A stretch of 64,000 bases of DNA from assembly GCF_009914755.1 (NCBI RefSeq), contig NC_060926.1. One strand, given 5' to 3'. Position 1 is the first letter of the stretch, and each line of letters begins with the position of its first letter. Source of the stretch: the human T2T-CHM13v2.0 reference genome, Homo sapiens. Shown one piece after another: positions 1 to 12,266 of this stretch. Under the pieces are notes generated by a model. The model saw only the letters and a list, made by a program, of their open reading frames with translations. It made no database searches and had not been told where the DNA came from. Position numbers and translations under genes: made by a program.

Positions 1-29
1 TACAGGGTGAGTTGAAATTTGCCAGCCTT

Positions 30-110
30 GCATGAGTGTGCATGTGAATGAGTGTGTGTGCGTGTGTGCTGGTGTGTATTGGTGTGTGTGTGTGTGTGTG
101 TGTGTGTGTT
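30..110. repeat. (TG)n microsatellite with degenerate flank
   Basis: Pure TG run at ~82-109 preceded by degenerate TG-rich sequence. Confidence 0.95.
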
Positions 111-400
111 GATGAGAGTGTGAGGGTGGGAGTGGAGGGCTCCAGGGAAGGTGTCTGTGGCAGAGTTGAGAAATTGCTTGGGTGCATGGAGGTGACGTTG
201 CTCCTTCCAGTGAGGCTGCAGTGACAGGTGCCAGGGGATCATGGCCGGGATGAGACGGGGTGCAGACCTAAGGCCCTGAAACCGACTGTCCCAGGAAACC
301 TTGCTCTGCTGGAAACCTGGGAGACCTGGGCCTCATCAGCTGATGGACTGACTCAAGGTGGCCTCAGGCTGGTGGATCAGTGGGTTTGGGGGAGCGGGAG

Positions 401-907
401 CCCCTCCCCCAACTGACTCCAGTGTGTGTTGTTCCCTTCCCTGTGTCTAAGTGTTCACATTGTTCAGCTCCCACGTATAAGTGAGAACATGCGGTGCTTG
501 GTTTTCTGTTCCTGTGTAAGTTTGCTGAGGATAATGGCTTCCAGCTCCATCCATGTCCTTGCAAAGAACATGATCTTGTTCCTTTTTATGGCTGCATAAT
601 ATTCCATGGTGTATATGTACCATATTTTCTTTATCCAGTCTATCATTGATGGGCATTTGGGTTGATTTCATGTCTTTGCTATTGTAAATAGTGCTGCAAT
701 GAACATACACATACATACACACACACATACATGTATTTTTTAATAGAATGATTTATAATCCTTTGGGTATATACCCATTAATGGGATTGCAGGGTCAAAT
801 GGTATTTCTGGTTCTAGGTCTTTGAGGAATCACCACACTGTCTTCCACAGTGGTTAAACTAACTTACATTCCCACCAACGGTGTAAAAGAGGTCCTATTT
901 CTCCACA
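401..907 (-). mobile_element. Internal L1PA (L1PA8-10-like) ORF2-end/3'UTR fragment, duplicate of 8441-8928
   Basis: Encodes the L1 ORF2 C-terminal peptide WIKKIWYIYTMEYYAAIKRN; no poly-A tail; near-identical to 8460-8928. Confidence 0.93.
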
Positions 908-1639
908 CCCTGCTTTCACTCTCCTGCCTCTAGAGGCCTCCCCCAGGGTCCCTGAGCCCAACCCATGCCCCTTCTCAGGAGAAGTGCCAGGCTTGGGGAG
1001 GCATTTCCCTCAACTGTGTCCAATGACTGCCCCCTGCCCTGCCCCGGGGGTTCTGTGACTGCGTGCACAAGCATGTGTGGGCATTTATTTGGGCCCCTGC
1101 AATTATGGCATGTGTTTGTGTGTGCATCCGAGTGCATCTGTGGGTGCATGTGTGCAGTGCATGTGTACCCCTATGTGTACACACACGCACACATGCAGTT
1201 GGACACACAGGGCCATCTTGCATCAGCCTAGGCAGCTAAGTCCCTGAGTGGAGGGACCTCTACTGCTCAGGAAGCTTCCTGACCACACCTGCTTCTCTCT
1301 GTCCATATTCACAGAGGCTGCACAACCTGCCCAGGTCCCTTGGTGCACACCTTATGTCTTTTTGCAGGAAGTTTATTTGAAAAATTCTGGAATTTCAGGA
1401 ATTCATGGGGTTATTTAAGGCTTCGAGGCAGAAAGAGCAAATAAGAAAATGAGCTTGGGACAGGGCTTCCACCTGAGTCACAACTTCTCAGGGAGCAGGG
1501 TTGTGGGGGCTGGGAGATGATGGGGGAGGCAAGGAAATTCCAGGCACTGACTCCTCCCTATGCCAGGCCCCGGGGAAAGTGCACAGCATGGAGTCAGGGT
1601 TATTAGACAGAGCCATGGAGACAGAATTCAGCCAGCGAT

Positions 1640-1915
1640 GCAGACGGATTCGAAAAGTCCAGCCTTCTAAGGGATGAGTACTTGGTCCTCTTGGAATTTT
1701 AGTTTCCTCATCTATAAAATGGGGCCAGGTGACAGAGCCTGCCCCTGGAGCTTGTGGGGATTGGATGAAATAGGCATGAGATGACTTGGCACAGTGCCTG
1801 GCACACAGCAAACTGTAGATAAAGAAACAGAGACCCAGAGAGGTTAAAAAACCTGTCTAGGGTCACGCTGCCCTGAGAAAGAGCTGGACTTCAAGGTCAG
1901 TTTGTCTCAACTCCC
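1640..1915. mobile_element. Two MIR fragments in opposite orientation
   Basis: MIR core AGTTTCCTCATCTATAAAATGGGG (+) followed by reversed core AGATAAAGAAACAGAGACCCAGAGAGGTTAA. Confidence 0.8.
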
Positions 1916-2639
1916 AGGCCCCCAGCCACCTACATTATTAGGTTGTTACGGGCCAAGATTGGTTCGCCAAAGCCCCTGGCAGGGTGTGTTCTGGACTTCC
2001 TGTGAGCCCCCTGGCTGCTCCTATGTCTTCAGCTGCCATAACAGAGAGCCCCCAAGGCTCCAAAGGGGAACATGTAGACCCCCAGGACTCTGAGGGAGGC
2101 CAGGCATCCCTCTGTGTCTTAGGAGAGACTGAGCCTGTGTGGTCAGCACACAGAGGCCTTCTGTGGGAAGCCTTCAGGTCAGCTGGGCCTTCTCTGATAT
2201 CAGTCAGGGTCCACCTTTGGACTCACAGAAAGTAGCTCTTGAATACCTGGACAGTGGAGGTGGTTGCTAAGCACATCTAGACCATTGAAAGGGAAAGTGT
2301 CCCCAAGGACCAGAGAACCGGGCACCCATTCATCACCCAGTCGTGCTGATTCTCTTTCCAGGAGAGCTCCCCATCACCTGGCCCATAGCTTCCGGCCTGC
2401 ATTTCTGGGCTGGGCCCCCCTGTCCAGTGTCCACATGGCCTTTGTAAGGCTGGAAGCCATGGGGGTCCCCATTGCCCACAGAATGAAGTTGAAGCTTCAC
2501 AGGATCCTTCAAGTCCTTCCAGTCTCTCTGCGCCCATTGCCTTGAGCTTTATGCTCCCATCCAAGGGACCTAATTGGCATTTGCTCATGTTCTAGGATGC
2601 TCGTACCTCCGTGCCTCTGCCAGCTGGTCCCACTCCCTG

Positions 2640-2900
2640 GAGCGCCCTTCTCCCTAGCATTCTGGCATCTGCATGAGCAAATACTGTCACTGCTCAAGAC
2701 ATGGCTTGCCAACGATCCCTGCTCTGAAATTCTTTCCTGAAACCCCTCTTCCAGCGCTGAGGCCCCTACACACCCAGACACTTTAGGGCAGATGTTCCTT
2801 GGTGTGTCTACCGCTCCCATCCCCTGGCGGTTGTTTCCTTAGTGACTGGGACAGCCCCTCACACGCAGTAGGTGCCTGGTGAATGCATGTTGGCTGAATG
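2640..2900 (+). mobile_element. L2 3' end remnant
   Basis: Ends in CAGTAGGTGCCTGGTGAATGCATGTTGGCTGAATGA, resembling the L2 3' terminus. Confidence 0.55.
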
Positions 2901-3849
2901 AGCAGCTTACATATCAGCATGGGGCGTGGCATGCCTGGCTTGGTAGGGCCCCACTGGTACAGCCCTACCCACTTGGTAGGGCTCAGATCTGGTGCAGGGG
3001 GGCCCAGGTTATACCTGTTCTCACATCAGCAGAACCGAGCTCGGTCAACCTGAGTGCCTCTCTTCTGTCCGCTTGTGCTTGTGCCTTCCAATAATTTCCT
3101 ATCCTGCCTCTCCTGAAAAGCAGAGAGCTCCATTGAACACAAAAGACAAAACAGCCGAGCCAGGCACACACCCCCGCTGGGGCTGGCCAGCCAGGGAGTA
3201 TACTTCGGAGATCACTTCCCTCTTTGAGTCTCTGATCCACCTGTCTCTTGGGCTGTCCTGGTCGAGCAGGGCCGCACTCCACAACCTCCTCCCCGGATGC
3301 TCATGGAAGGAGGAGGCTGCCCTCCAGCAGGGATGTGCTTGGTCTGTGAAGGGGGTGCCCTCATCCTTTGCCATCTCCAAAGCCACCTCCGTCTCCACCC
3401 AGTGGACCTCACACTGGTCCTGGCCTCGGGTACTTGAATGTGGCTTCCCCTGGAATCAGCCCAGGCCTGGCAAAGGGGACTGTGACTCTTCCTCCCCTTG
3501 GTCAGTTTGGGACTCCTCCTGTGGAGAGTTGCCAGCCAAGGGGTCAGGGTGAGCTGTCCTCTGTGTAGCCTGCAGTGGAAAAGCAGGCTCCTGGGGAGGC
3601 GGGGCAAGGCCTTCCCTGCCCCTGCGTGGATGGGGTGGAGCACTCATCGTAACAACCAGGGCCATCATTTGGCCTCTTGTTCCTCTTCCTGGAACATTCT
3701 TCCCAGCTCTTTCTGCAGGTTCCTCACGCTCATGGCTCAGCACTCTGCCCAAGTGGCTTCTCCCCTGGGAGCCACTCCTGTGGCTGAGTTAGATGCTCTC
3801 TTGATGTGCCTCCAGACCAGAGGCCGAAGCCTGGGCAGCCACTGGTTAC

Positions 3850-4060
3850 ACCTGGCCCCTGGCTGGCAGGCTTGCTCTGCTTGTCCAGCACTGTGTTTCA
3901 AAAACGTTTGAATTAGTTACCAATGTGGTAAAATGTATACCTTCTCTTGAAAACTCAGGCAAGTGGGTAAGCAGGGCCTACGTTTCCAAACACTACCAAT
4001 GGAGGGGCTGAGCCACAACTGTGGCCTTTGGATGGGGCAGAGTCTCACAGTCCCTGGGCA
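3850..4060. mobile_element. MER102-like hAT-Charlie remnant
   Basis: GTTTGAATTAGTTACCAA...CTTCTCTTGAAAA...GGGGCAGAGTCTC resembles recalled MER102 consensus. Confidence 0.5.
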
Positions 4061-4369
4061 GCTGCTAACGTGTTCCTAGGACCTTCCTGAACCCTGTGAA
4101 CATTTGAGTTTGCCACTCAGGCTCCAGAATGTAACTCTCGGGGAGAGCTGAGGTTGACCCCACGTGCAGCACAGCCACAGCACACAGGCAGCACCCAGTG
4201 TTTGCAGGATTATTGGAAGGAGGCATCCCAAACAGACCAAAGTGGAGAGATATTTTTAGGGGAAGGGGATTGAGCTGAGTCCTGGAGTGGCAGAGACGAG
4301 GGCCATCCAAGAAGTGCCTCTGGGTGGAGGGAACAGCTTGGGCAAAGGCTCAGAGGCGGGAGAGGGTGT

Positions 4370-4800
4370 GGCACAGCAGGGGTGCTGGAGATGGCACGGC
4401 CTGGCAGGAGTCCAGGTGTCTGTGGGGTCACGGCGACGGATGAGGTTGGAAAAACCTGAGCTGAATCTTGAAGGGCAAGTGGGCACTTACGAGAAGCTAG
4501 GTTAGTTTCAGGAGAAAATTCCAGAAGCAGGAGTCATGGTGCCTAAACACAGAGAGTGAGAGGGAGCGTGGTACTCCAGTTCATGCACGGCAAGGAATTC
4601 ACTGTGACCATGGGGTGTGGGTCAGGGAGGCGGCGCTGGTGGAGGACAGATGACCTGATGGAGGTCTCATGTCAGGCCTGGGCAAAGAGGGCCTTACTGC
4701 AGTCTGAGCTGCACATGTTTTTTATTTCTAATTTTTTTTTTCTTGAAAGCAACGGGAATGATGTGGTTGAATTTTTGTGTTAGAAAGATTGCTTTGGTAA
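4370..4800 (-). mobile_element. L2 remnant
   Basis: TGAGCTGAATCTTGAAGG and TTAGAAAGATTGCTTTGG motifs typical of antisense L2. Confidence 0.5.
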
Positions 4801-5566
4801 ACAATTGTAGTAGTCAGTTTTAACATATACTTCACTGAACAGGTCAAGCAGACCAAGAAAGATATGATAGACACAATTAATAAACTCCAATTTACATAGG
4901 CATATAAAATGTTGCACAAGCAGAGAATGCAAATTTTTTCTAAGCACGCGTGATGCACTCAACAAAAATTGACTTCATCCTGGGCCTCAAAGGATGTCTT
5001 GATGCATTTGAAGGAACCAGCATCACATAATTTATGTTTTCTGATTACCACATAATAAAATCATAAATCAGTGGCAAAAGGATAACTGCAAATATTCTGT
5101 ATGTCTGGAAATATGTAACATACTAGTAAATTACACCTGGATTAAAGAGGAAATCACCAGGGACAATTATAAAATACTTAGACCTGAACGACCATAAAAA
5201 TGCCATATGCCCAAATTTTGAGACACAGCTAAAGTAAGTACTCACGGGAAAATATATAGCTTTAGGTACCTTTATCAAGAAGCAAGATATAATGAAACAA
5301 ATGAGCTAAGGTTGGAAAATAGCAATAAAGCAAAACAAAGGAAAGAAGGAAAGAAATAATAAAATAAGGATAGAGAGTAAAAAAGATAAACTGCTGGAAA
5401 CCAAAAGCTGTTTCACTAAATAAATATGTGGATCAAAGAAAAAAGAATAAATATGCAAACATAATCTGTAATCAAAAATAAAAATAACTATAAAGAAATG
5501 ATATTCTAAGAATATAATAGTATAAATAATCACATGGTAATAAATTGATAAACCTAAGCAAAATGA

Positions 5567-5921
<355 letters not shown>

Positions 5922-6574
5922 CCAGACAGTCTTATAGATGAATTTTATCAGGCTTTCAAAGAATAAATTATTAGTCTCTTAGAAAATTTATACCAGAATT
6001 TGATAAAGGAGGAAAGGTGCCAATTCACTTAATGAATCTAGTTAGTATAATCTAGATTCTGAAACCTGAAAAAGATAGTACAGGAAATTATAGACATTTC
6101 ACTTACAGCATAGTGAACATGGGGTTTGTCCTAGAAATGCAAGGATAGCTTAACATCAGAAAATCTGTCCTTGCACTTCTTCCCTTTAATGAATGAAATG
6201 ACAAAATTATGATTATTTCAGTAGCACTTGAGAAATTTCAATACATTTTTCTGATGAAAAATCTCTTAGAAGACCAAGAATAGAAGGCAATTTCTTTAAT
6301 TTGATAAAGGCTATATACCCAAAACCTACAGCAAAGTAATAATTAATAGAGAAACTTTAGGCTCATTTCCATTACGATTTAGAACAAGGCAGCTGTACTT
6401 ACATTATCATTACTATTTTTTTAAAGGATAGTATTTTAGGGCCTGTCCAAAGATTTAAAACAAGGAAAAGTTTCAAGAGGGATTAAAAGGAAGATAAATG
6501 ACTGTCATTTGTGGGAGATATCATCAACTGCATAGAAAGCCTAAGGAAGTCAACAGAAAAATTATTAGAAAACT

Positions 6575-6887
6575 GATTGGAGGTGGTGGCTCACGCCTTG
6601 GGAGCCACCCCAAGTGGCTCAGCACTTTGGGAGGCTGAGGCAGGCAGATCACTTGAGGTCAAGAATCACAAGAGGCCAGCCTGGCCAACATGGTAAAACC
6701 CCATATCTAGTAGAAATGCAAAAATTAGCTGGGTGTGGTAGTGCACACCTGTAATCCCAGCTACTTAGGAGGCTGAGGCAGGAGAATTGCTTGAACCTGG
6801 GAGACGGAGGTTGCAGTGAGCCAAGATCGCATCACTGCATGCCCAACCTGGGTGACAGAGCAAGACTCTGTCTCAAAGAAAAAAAAA
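6575..6887 (+). mobile_element. Full-length AluS
   Basis: Dimeric Alu with A tail; TSD TATTAGAAAACT at 6563-6574 and 6888-6899. Confidence 0.95.
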
Positions 6888-6955
6888 TATTAGAAAACTC
6901 ATCAAGGTTACAAGATAAAAGATCAACTTAAAACATTAATAGCATTCCTTTATAC

Positions 6956-7178
6956 CAGGGTTGTCAAAGTTTATCTATAAGTGGGCAGATAGTTAACAAT
7001 TTTAGGTTTTGTAGGCCATATATGGTTTCTATAACACATACTTTTTTCTTTTTTTTCCTGTTTTTATTTTTTTAAACAAAAAACCCTCTAAAAGTATAAA
7101 AACAATTTTTAGCTTATGGGTCATAGAGTAACAGGGCATGGCTGAATTTCACCTGTGGGACATAGTTGCCACTCTCTG
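6956..7178. mobile_element. MER58-like hAT-Charlie MITE
   Basis: CAGGGTTGTCAAAG...TTTAGGTTTTGTAGGCCATA...CATAGTTGCCACTCTCTG. Confidence 0.7.
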
Positions 7179-7509
7179 TTCTATAACTGCAACACTATGC
7201 ACTGTATCATATGAACTATAAACTATCTAGGAATTAACTTTACAAAAAATCAACAAAACCTTTGAGAAAACATTCTCTACTAAAGAAAACGTAAAAAGAT
7301 TTGAAAAAACAAACAGATATTCTATAAGTATACATGGGATGAGTTAACCTAATAAAGATGTTAACAACTTGCAAAGTAATCTACACATTAAAATCAATCC
7401 TAATAAGAAATTTAGTTGGATTTCTCAAAGATACCAACAAAGTCATTCTAAAGTTTATGTGGAAGAATAAAGATCCACGAATAGTAAGTCAATTTTAGAC
7501 TTTTTCTTC

Positions 7510-7900
7510 TACTGTAGAACCTTTCAGTCTTAGCTAAGCACACAGTTGCCTAGCCTGCTGCCATATTTCCCAGCATCTCTTGCAGCTAGGTGTGGCTTGT
7601 AACCAAGTTCAGACCAATGGAACATTAGCAGAAGTGTGAGTAACTTACAAACATCTCTCTCTCCTTTCCACATGCTAGAACATTCAGCTATCCCCACCTG
7701 GTGAATGGGGATCATGTCCAAGGGAACAGAGGAGCAAGTTTGGTGAAACTTTTGTGAGTAACTTACAAACATCTCTCTCTCCTTTTCACATGCTATCCTC
7801 ACCTGGTGAATGGGGATCATGTCCAAGGGAAACAGAGGAGCAAAAGTTTGGAAATTTGGGTGATCAGTGCAGTAGAATCATAGTCCTACCCTGGGAAAGA
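7510..7900. mobile_element. LTR16-like (ERVL) remnant with internal tandem duplication
   Basis: CATATTTCCCAGCATCTCTTGCAGCTAGGTGTGGC...CCAATGG resembles LTR16; ~118-bp duplication at 7635-7857. Confidence 0.6.
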
Positions 7901-8276
7901 ATGAACTTTGGTAAACCATATTGGGGCACCTGACTCACTCCATGGAGAAAGATAAAAGCTATATCCCTGCCCTTAACCATATACAAATGTAAACTGCAGA
8001 TGAATATTTAAATGAAACGGTAAAATTACAAAGTTAATAGTCAAAAGTACACAATATTTTTTGTGTGCCTTAGCATAGGAAAATATTATTTTATATTTTA
8101 AAATTTTTATATGTACACAAAGAATGATGAGTGCAGTATAATGAACCTTTCTGTACTCATTACGTCAACACATCCATCAATATTTCGCCAGTCTTCCATT
8201 CAGGCAGGTAAATAGCTACTGTCCTAAGATCCCTGCCACAACCTTGTTTTATTGATCTTTTCACTTTGTTTTGCTG

Positions 8277-10638
8277 TATTATTTATTTATTTAAAGTTCC
8301 AGGGTACATGTGCAGGATGTGGAGGTTTGTTATATAGGTAAACATGTGCCATGGTCATTTGCTGCATCTGTCAACCCGTCACCTAGGTATTAAGTCCAGA
8401 ATGAATTAGCTCTTTTTCCTGATGCTCTCTCTCCCCACGCCCCCACCCCCCACTGCCCCAGTGCATGTTGTTCCCTTCCCTGTGTCTAAGTGTTCACATT
8501 GTTCAGCTCCCACTTATAAGTGAGAACATGTGGTGCTTGGTTTTCTGTTCCTGGGTTAGTTTGCTGAGGATAATGGCTTCCAGCTCCATCCATGTCCTTG
8601 CAAAGAACATGATCTTGTTCCTTTTTATGGCTGCATAATATTCCATGGTGTGTATGTACCACATTTTCTTTATCCAGTCTATCATTGATGGGCATTTGGG
8701 TTGATTTCATGTCTTTGCTATTATAAATAGTGCTGTAATGAACATACACATACAAGTATTTTTTAATAGAATGATTTATATTCCTTTGGGTATATACCCA
8801 TTAATGGGATTGCAGGGTCAAATGGTATTTCTGGTTCTAGGTCTTTGAGGAATTGCCACACTGTCTTCCACAATGGTTAAACTAATTTACATTCCCACCA
8901 AGAGTGTGAAAGAGGTCCTATTTCTCCATAGCCTCATCAGCATCTGTTGTTTCTTGACTTTTTAATAATCACCATTCTGATGGTATTCATGTGGCATGAG
9001 ATGGTAGCTCATTGTGGTTTTGATTTGCATTTCTCTAATGATCAGTGATGTTGGGCTTCTTTTCATATGTTTGTTGGTCGCATAAATGTCTTCTTTAGAA
9101 GTGTCAATTTATGTCCTTTGCCTACCACTTTTTAATAAGGTTGTTTGTTTTTTTCTTGCAAATTTGTTTAAGTTCCTTGTAAATTCCAGACTTTGGTCGG
9201 GTGAATAGATTACAAAAATATTCTCTCATTCTGTAGGTTGTCTGTTCACTCTGATGTTAGTTTCTTTTGCTGGGCAGAAGCTCTCTAATTTAATTAGATC
9301 CCATTTGTCAAATTTTGCTTTTGTTGCAATTGCTTTTAATGTTTTTGTCATGAAATCTTTGCCTATGTCTATGTCCTGAATGGTATCTCCTAGATTTTCT
9401 TCTAGGGTTTCTATAGTTTTGGGTTTTACATGTAAATCTTTAATACACCTTGAGTTAATTTTTGTATAAGGTGTGAGGAAGGGGCCTAGTTTCACTTTTC
9501 TGCATATGGCTAGCCAGTTCTCCCAGCACCATTTATTAAATAGGGAATCCTTTCCCCATTGCTTGTTTTTGTCAGGTTTGTCAGAGGTCAGATGGTTATA
9601 GATGTGTGGTCTTATTTCCGAGTTCTCTATTCTGTTCCATTGGTCTATGAGTCTTATTTCTGAGTTCTTTATCCTGTTCTATTGGTTTTTGTACCAGTAC
9701 CTTGCTGTTTTGGTTACTGTAGCCTTGTAGTATAGTTTGAAGTCAGGTAGCATGATGTCTCCAGCTTTGTTCTTTTTGCTTAGGATTGTCTTGTCTATTC
9801 AGGCTCTTTTTTGGTTCCATATGAATTTTAAATTAGTTTTTGCTAATTCTGTGAAGAATGTCAATGATAGTTTAATGGGAATAGCTCTGACTCTATAAAT
9901 TACTTTGGGCTGTATGGCCATTTTCATCATATTGATTCTTTCTATCCATGAGCACGGAATATTCTTCCATTTGTTTGTGCCCTCTCTGATTTCTTTGAGC
10001 AGTGGTTTGTAGTTCTTGAAGATGTCCTTCACTTCCCTTGTTAGCTGTATTCTTAGGTATTTTATTCTCTTTGTAGCAATTGTGAATGGAAATTCATTCA
10101 AAATTTGGCTCTCTCTTGTCTGTTGTTGGTGTATGGGAATGCTTGTGATTTTTGCACATTGATTTTGTATCCTGAGACTTCGCTGAAGTTGCTTATCCGC
10201 TTAAGAAGCTTTTGGGCTGAGACGATGGGGTTTTCTAGATATGGGATCATGTCATCTACAAATAGACAATTTGACTTTCTGTCTTCCTATTTGAATATGG
10301 TTTATTTCTTTATCTTGACTGATTGCCCTGGCCAGAACTTCCAATACTATATTGAATAGTAGTGGTGAGAGAGAGCATCCCTGTCTTGTGCTGATTTTCA
10401 AAGGGAATGTTTCCAGCTTTTGCCTATTCAGTATGAAATTGACTGTGGGTTTGTCATAAATGGCTCTTATTATTTTGAGGTATGTTCCTTCAATACCTAG
10501 TTTATTGAGAATTTTTACACATGAAGGGATGTTAAATTTTATCAAAGGCCTTTTCTGTGTCTATTGAGATAATCATGGTTTTTGTCTTTAGTTCTGTTTA
10601 TGTGATGAATTATGTTTATTGACTTGCGTACGTTGAAT
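8277..10638 (-). mobile_element. 5'-truncated L1PA (L1PA8-10-like), ~2.4 kb
   Basis: Degenerate T-rich tail, L1PA 3'UTR, and disrupted ORF2 RT/C-terminal peptides ([45 protein letters not shown]). Confidence 0.96.
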
Positions 10639-10639
10639 C

Positions 10640-10830
10640 TTTTCCTCTAATATTTTAAAACAAACCAAGACACCGATTATTTCACCCATAAATACTTCAG
10701 TAGTTATCTCTAACAGATAAGGACTAAAAAATATTATAAACATAATATCATTACACACCTAGAAAAATTAAGAATTATTGCTCAATATTATTATCTCATA
10801 ATCAGTCTGTGTTCAAAATGACAAGGACTT
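10640..10830 (-). mobile_element. L1MC-like 3' remnant; other half probably at ~8100-8270, split by the L1PA
   Basis: ATTTCACCCATAAATACTTCAG...TCTAACAGATAAGGAC resembles recalled L1MC4/5 3' end. Confidence 0.5.
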
Positions 10831-10848
10831 TTTAAAACAAGATGTAAC

Positions 10849-11315
10849 TTCCTGTTCCTGGATTATTTCACTTAATATATTGCCCTCTAGATCCATCCGT
10901 GACATTGCATGTTCTCACTCACATGTTGAAGCTGAAAAAAACAAAAAACAAAAACTGATCTCTTAGAAGTAAGGAGGAGAACAAAGGATACCGGAGGCTG
11001 GGAAGGGTAGAGGGAAGAGAGGGGTAGGGAGAGATTTGTTGAAGGATACAAAATTACAGCTAGATTGGAGGAATGAGTTCTGGTGTTCTATACCGCTGCA
11101 GGATGACTAGAGTTAATAATACATTACATAGTTTCAGATAGCTAGAAGGAAGATACCGAATGTTCCTAAAACAAAGGCATGATAAACGTTTGAGATCATG
11201 ATATGCTAAATACCCTGATCTGATCACTATACATTATCTGTATTGAAACATCACTATGTAACCCCTAAATATGTATAATCATGTGTCAATTTACATTTTT
11301 ATAAAAGTAAAAAAT
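10849..11315 (+). mobile_element. L1MA (L1MA4/5-like) 3' end with short 5' inversion
   Basis: 10907-11315 is L1MA 3'UTR; 10849-10908 is the reverse complement of the L1 segment normally just upstream. Confidence 0.85.
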
Positions 11316-11319
11316 TTTG

Positions 11320-12230
11320 AAACCCCAAGATCTAAAAAGCACAAACCATGAAGCAGAAGAAAAGGCTTGACAATATCGAAATTAAAGATTTATATGCAAT
11401 AAAGGACATCAAAGTCACAATTAAAGAAAAATGGCAGGTTGGTAAAATCAATTAATATCTCAACCCATTGCTATTCAAAGCACGGGTCTGTGAGCACATG
11501 AGGAGTTGCATTGGAATGCCAGTCAACTATAGTCTGTAAGCACGTTGTTTAGTTTATCAGAGATTTTTGGTTGTTGAAGCAAGAAATTTGTTGATTGAAG
11601 AAGTGGTACTTTGATTTAACAAACTGTTCTTAGATAGGCGGCTAGTCCCCACTTTGAGCAACACTGATTAACACTATTCAACGAACTCCAAATCAACGAG
11701 ATAAAGGCAAAAAACCCAACAGAAAAAGGGATGATGCCTATGAATAGGCAATTCTCAGAAGACGAATCCCAAATGACTAAGACTTGTAGAGATGTTTCAG
11801 CTCACCAGTAATCAGTGAAATGCAAATCAAAACAAGGAGTTGCCACTTTGTATCCATCAGAATGGCAAATTAGAAGGGTGGATAATGGAAACCAGGTGTT
11901 GACAGGTGCGTGGGGAGACAGGTACACTCCGTAGGAGTGGAGACAGGAGTAGGAGTGTGAACAGGTACAGTCAGTCTGGAAAATATTCTTTATTTTGATT
12001 AAGTTTGCATATATTCTTTGTCCTGGAAATTCCATTCCTGGGTATATGTCCCAGAAAAATTTGTCAAACAGGGGCATGAATGAGGATGTTCACGATGGCT
12101 GGAAGTCACAGGCAAGCCAGGTGTGCATTCCGAGGGAGTGGGTATGTGCAATGTGATGGCCCACTGTGGAAGTGGAAGCAAGCTTGCAAGCAGTGAACGA
12201 GGCCTACGTAGAGTGCACAGAGGCCTCTGG
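11320..12230 (+). mobile_element. L1ME ORF2-end/3'UTR remnant, with a hAT-like insert at ~11465-11667
   Basis: GAATAGGCAATTCTCAGAAG...AATCAGTGAAATGCAAATCAAAACAA; insert ends in CACTTTGAGCAACACTG (Charlie-type TIR). Confidence 0.7.
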
Positions 12231-12266
12231 AAGCACAGGGGAGTGAGGAGGGTCATCACGTTATGC

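Noticed and set aside
7635-7857. Repeat pair as a CRISPR-like array
   Set aside because: Only two adjacent ~118-bp units with no spacers, in eukaryotic DNA.
8486-10545. Reverse-transcriptase-like peptides as a possible novel RT system
   Set aside because: Ordinary frameshifted fragments of L1 ORF2 in a 5'-truncated dead copy.
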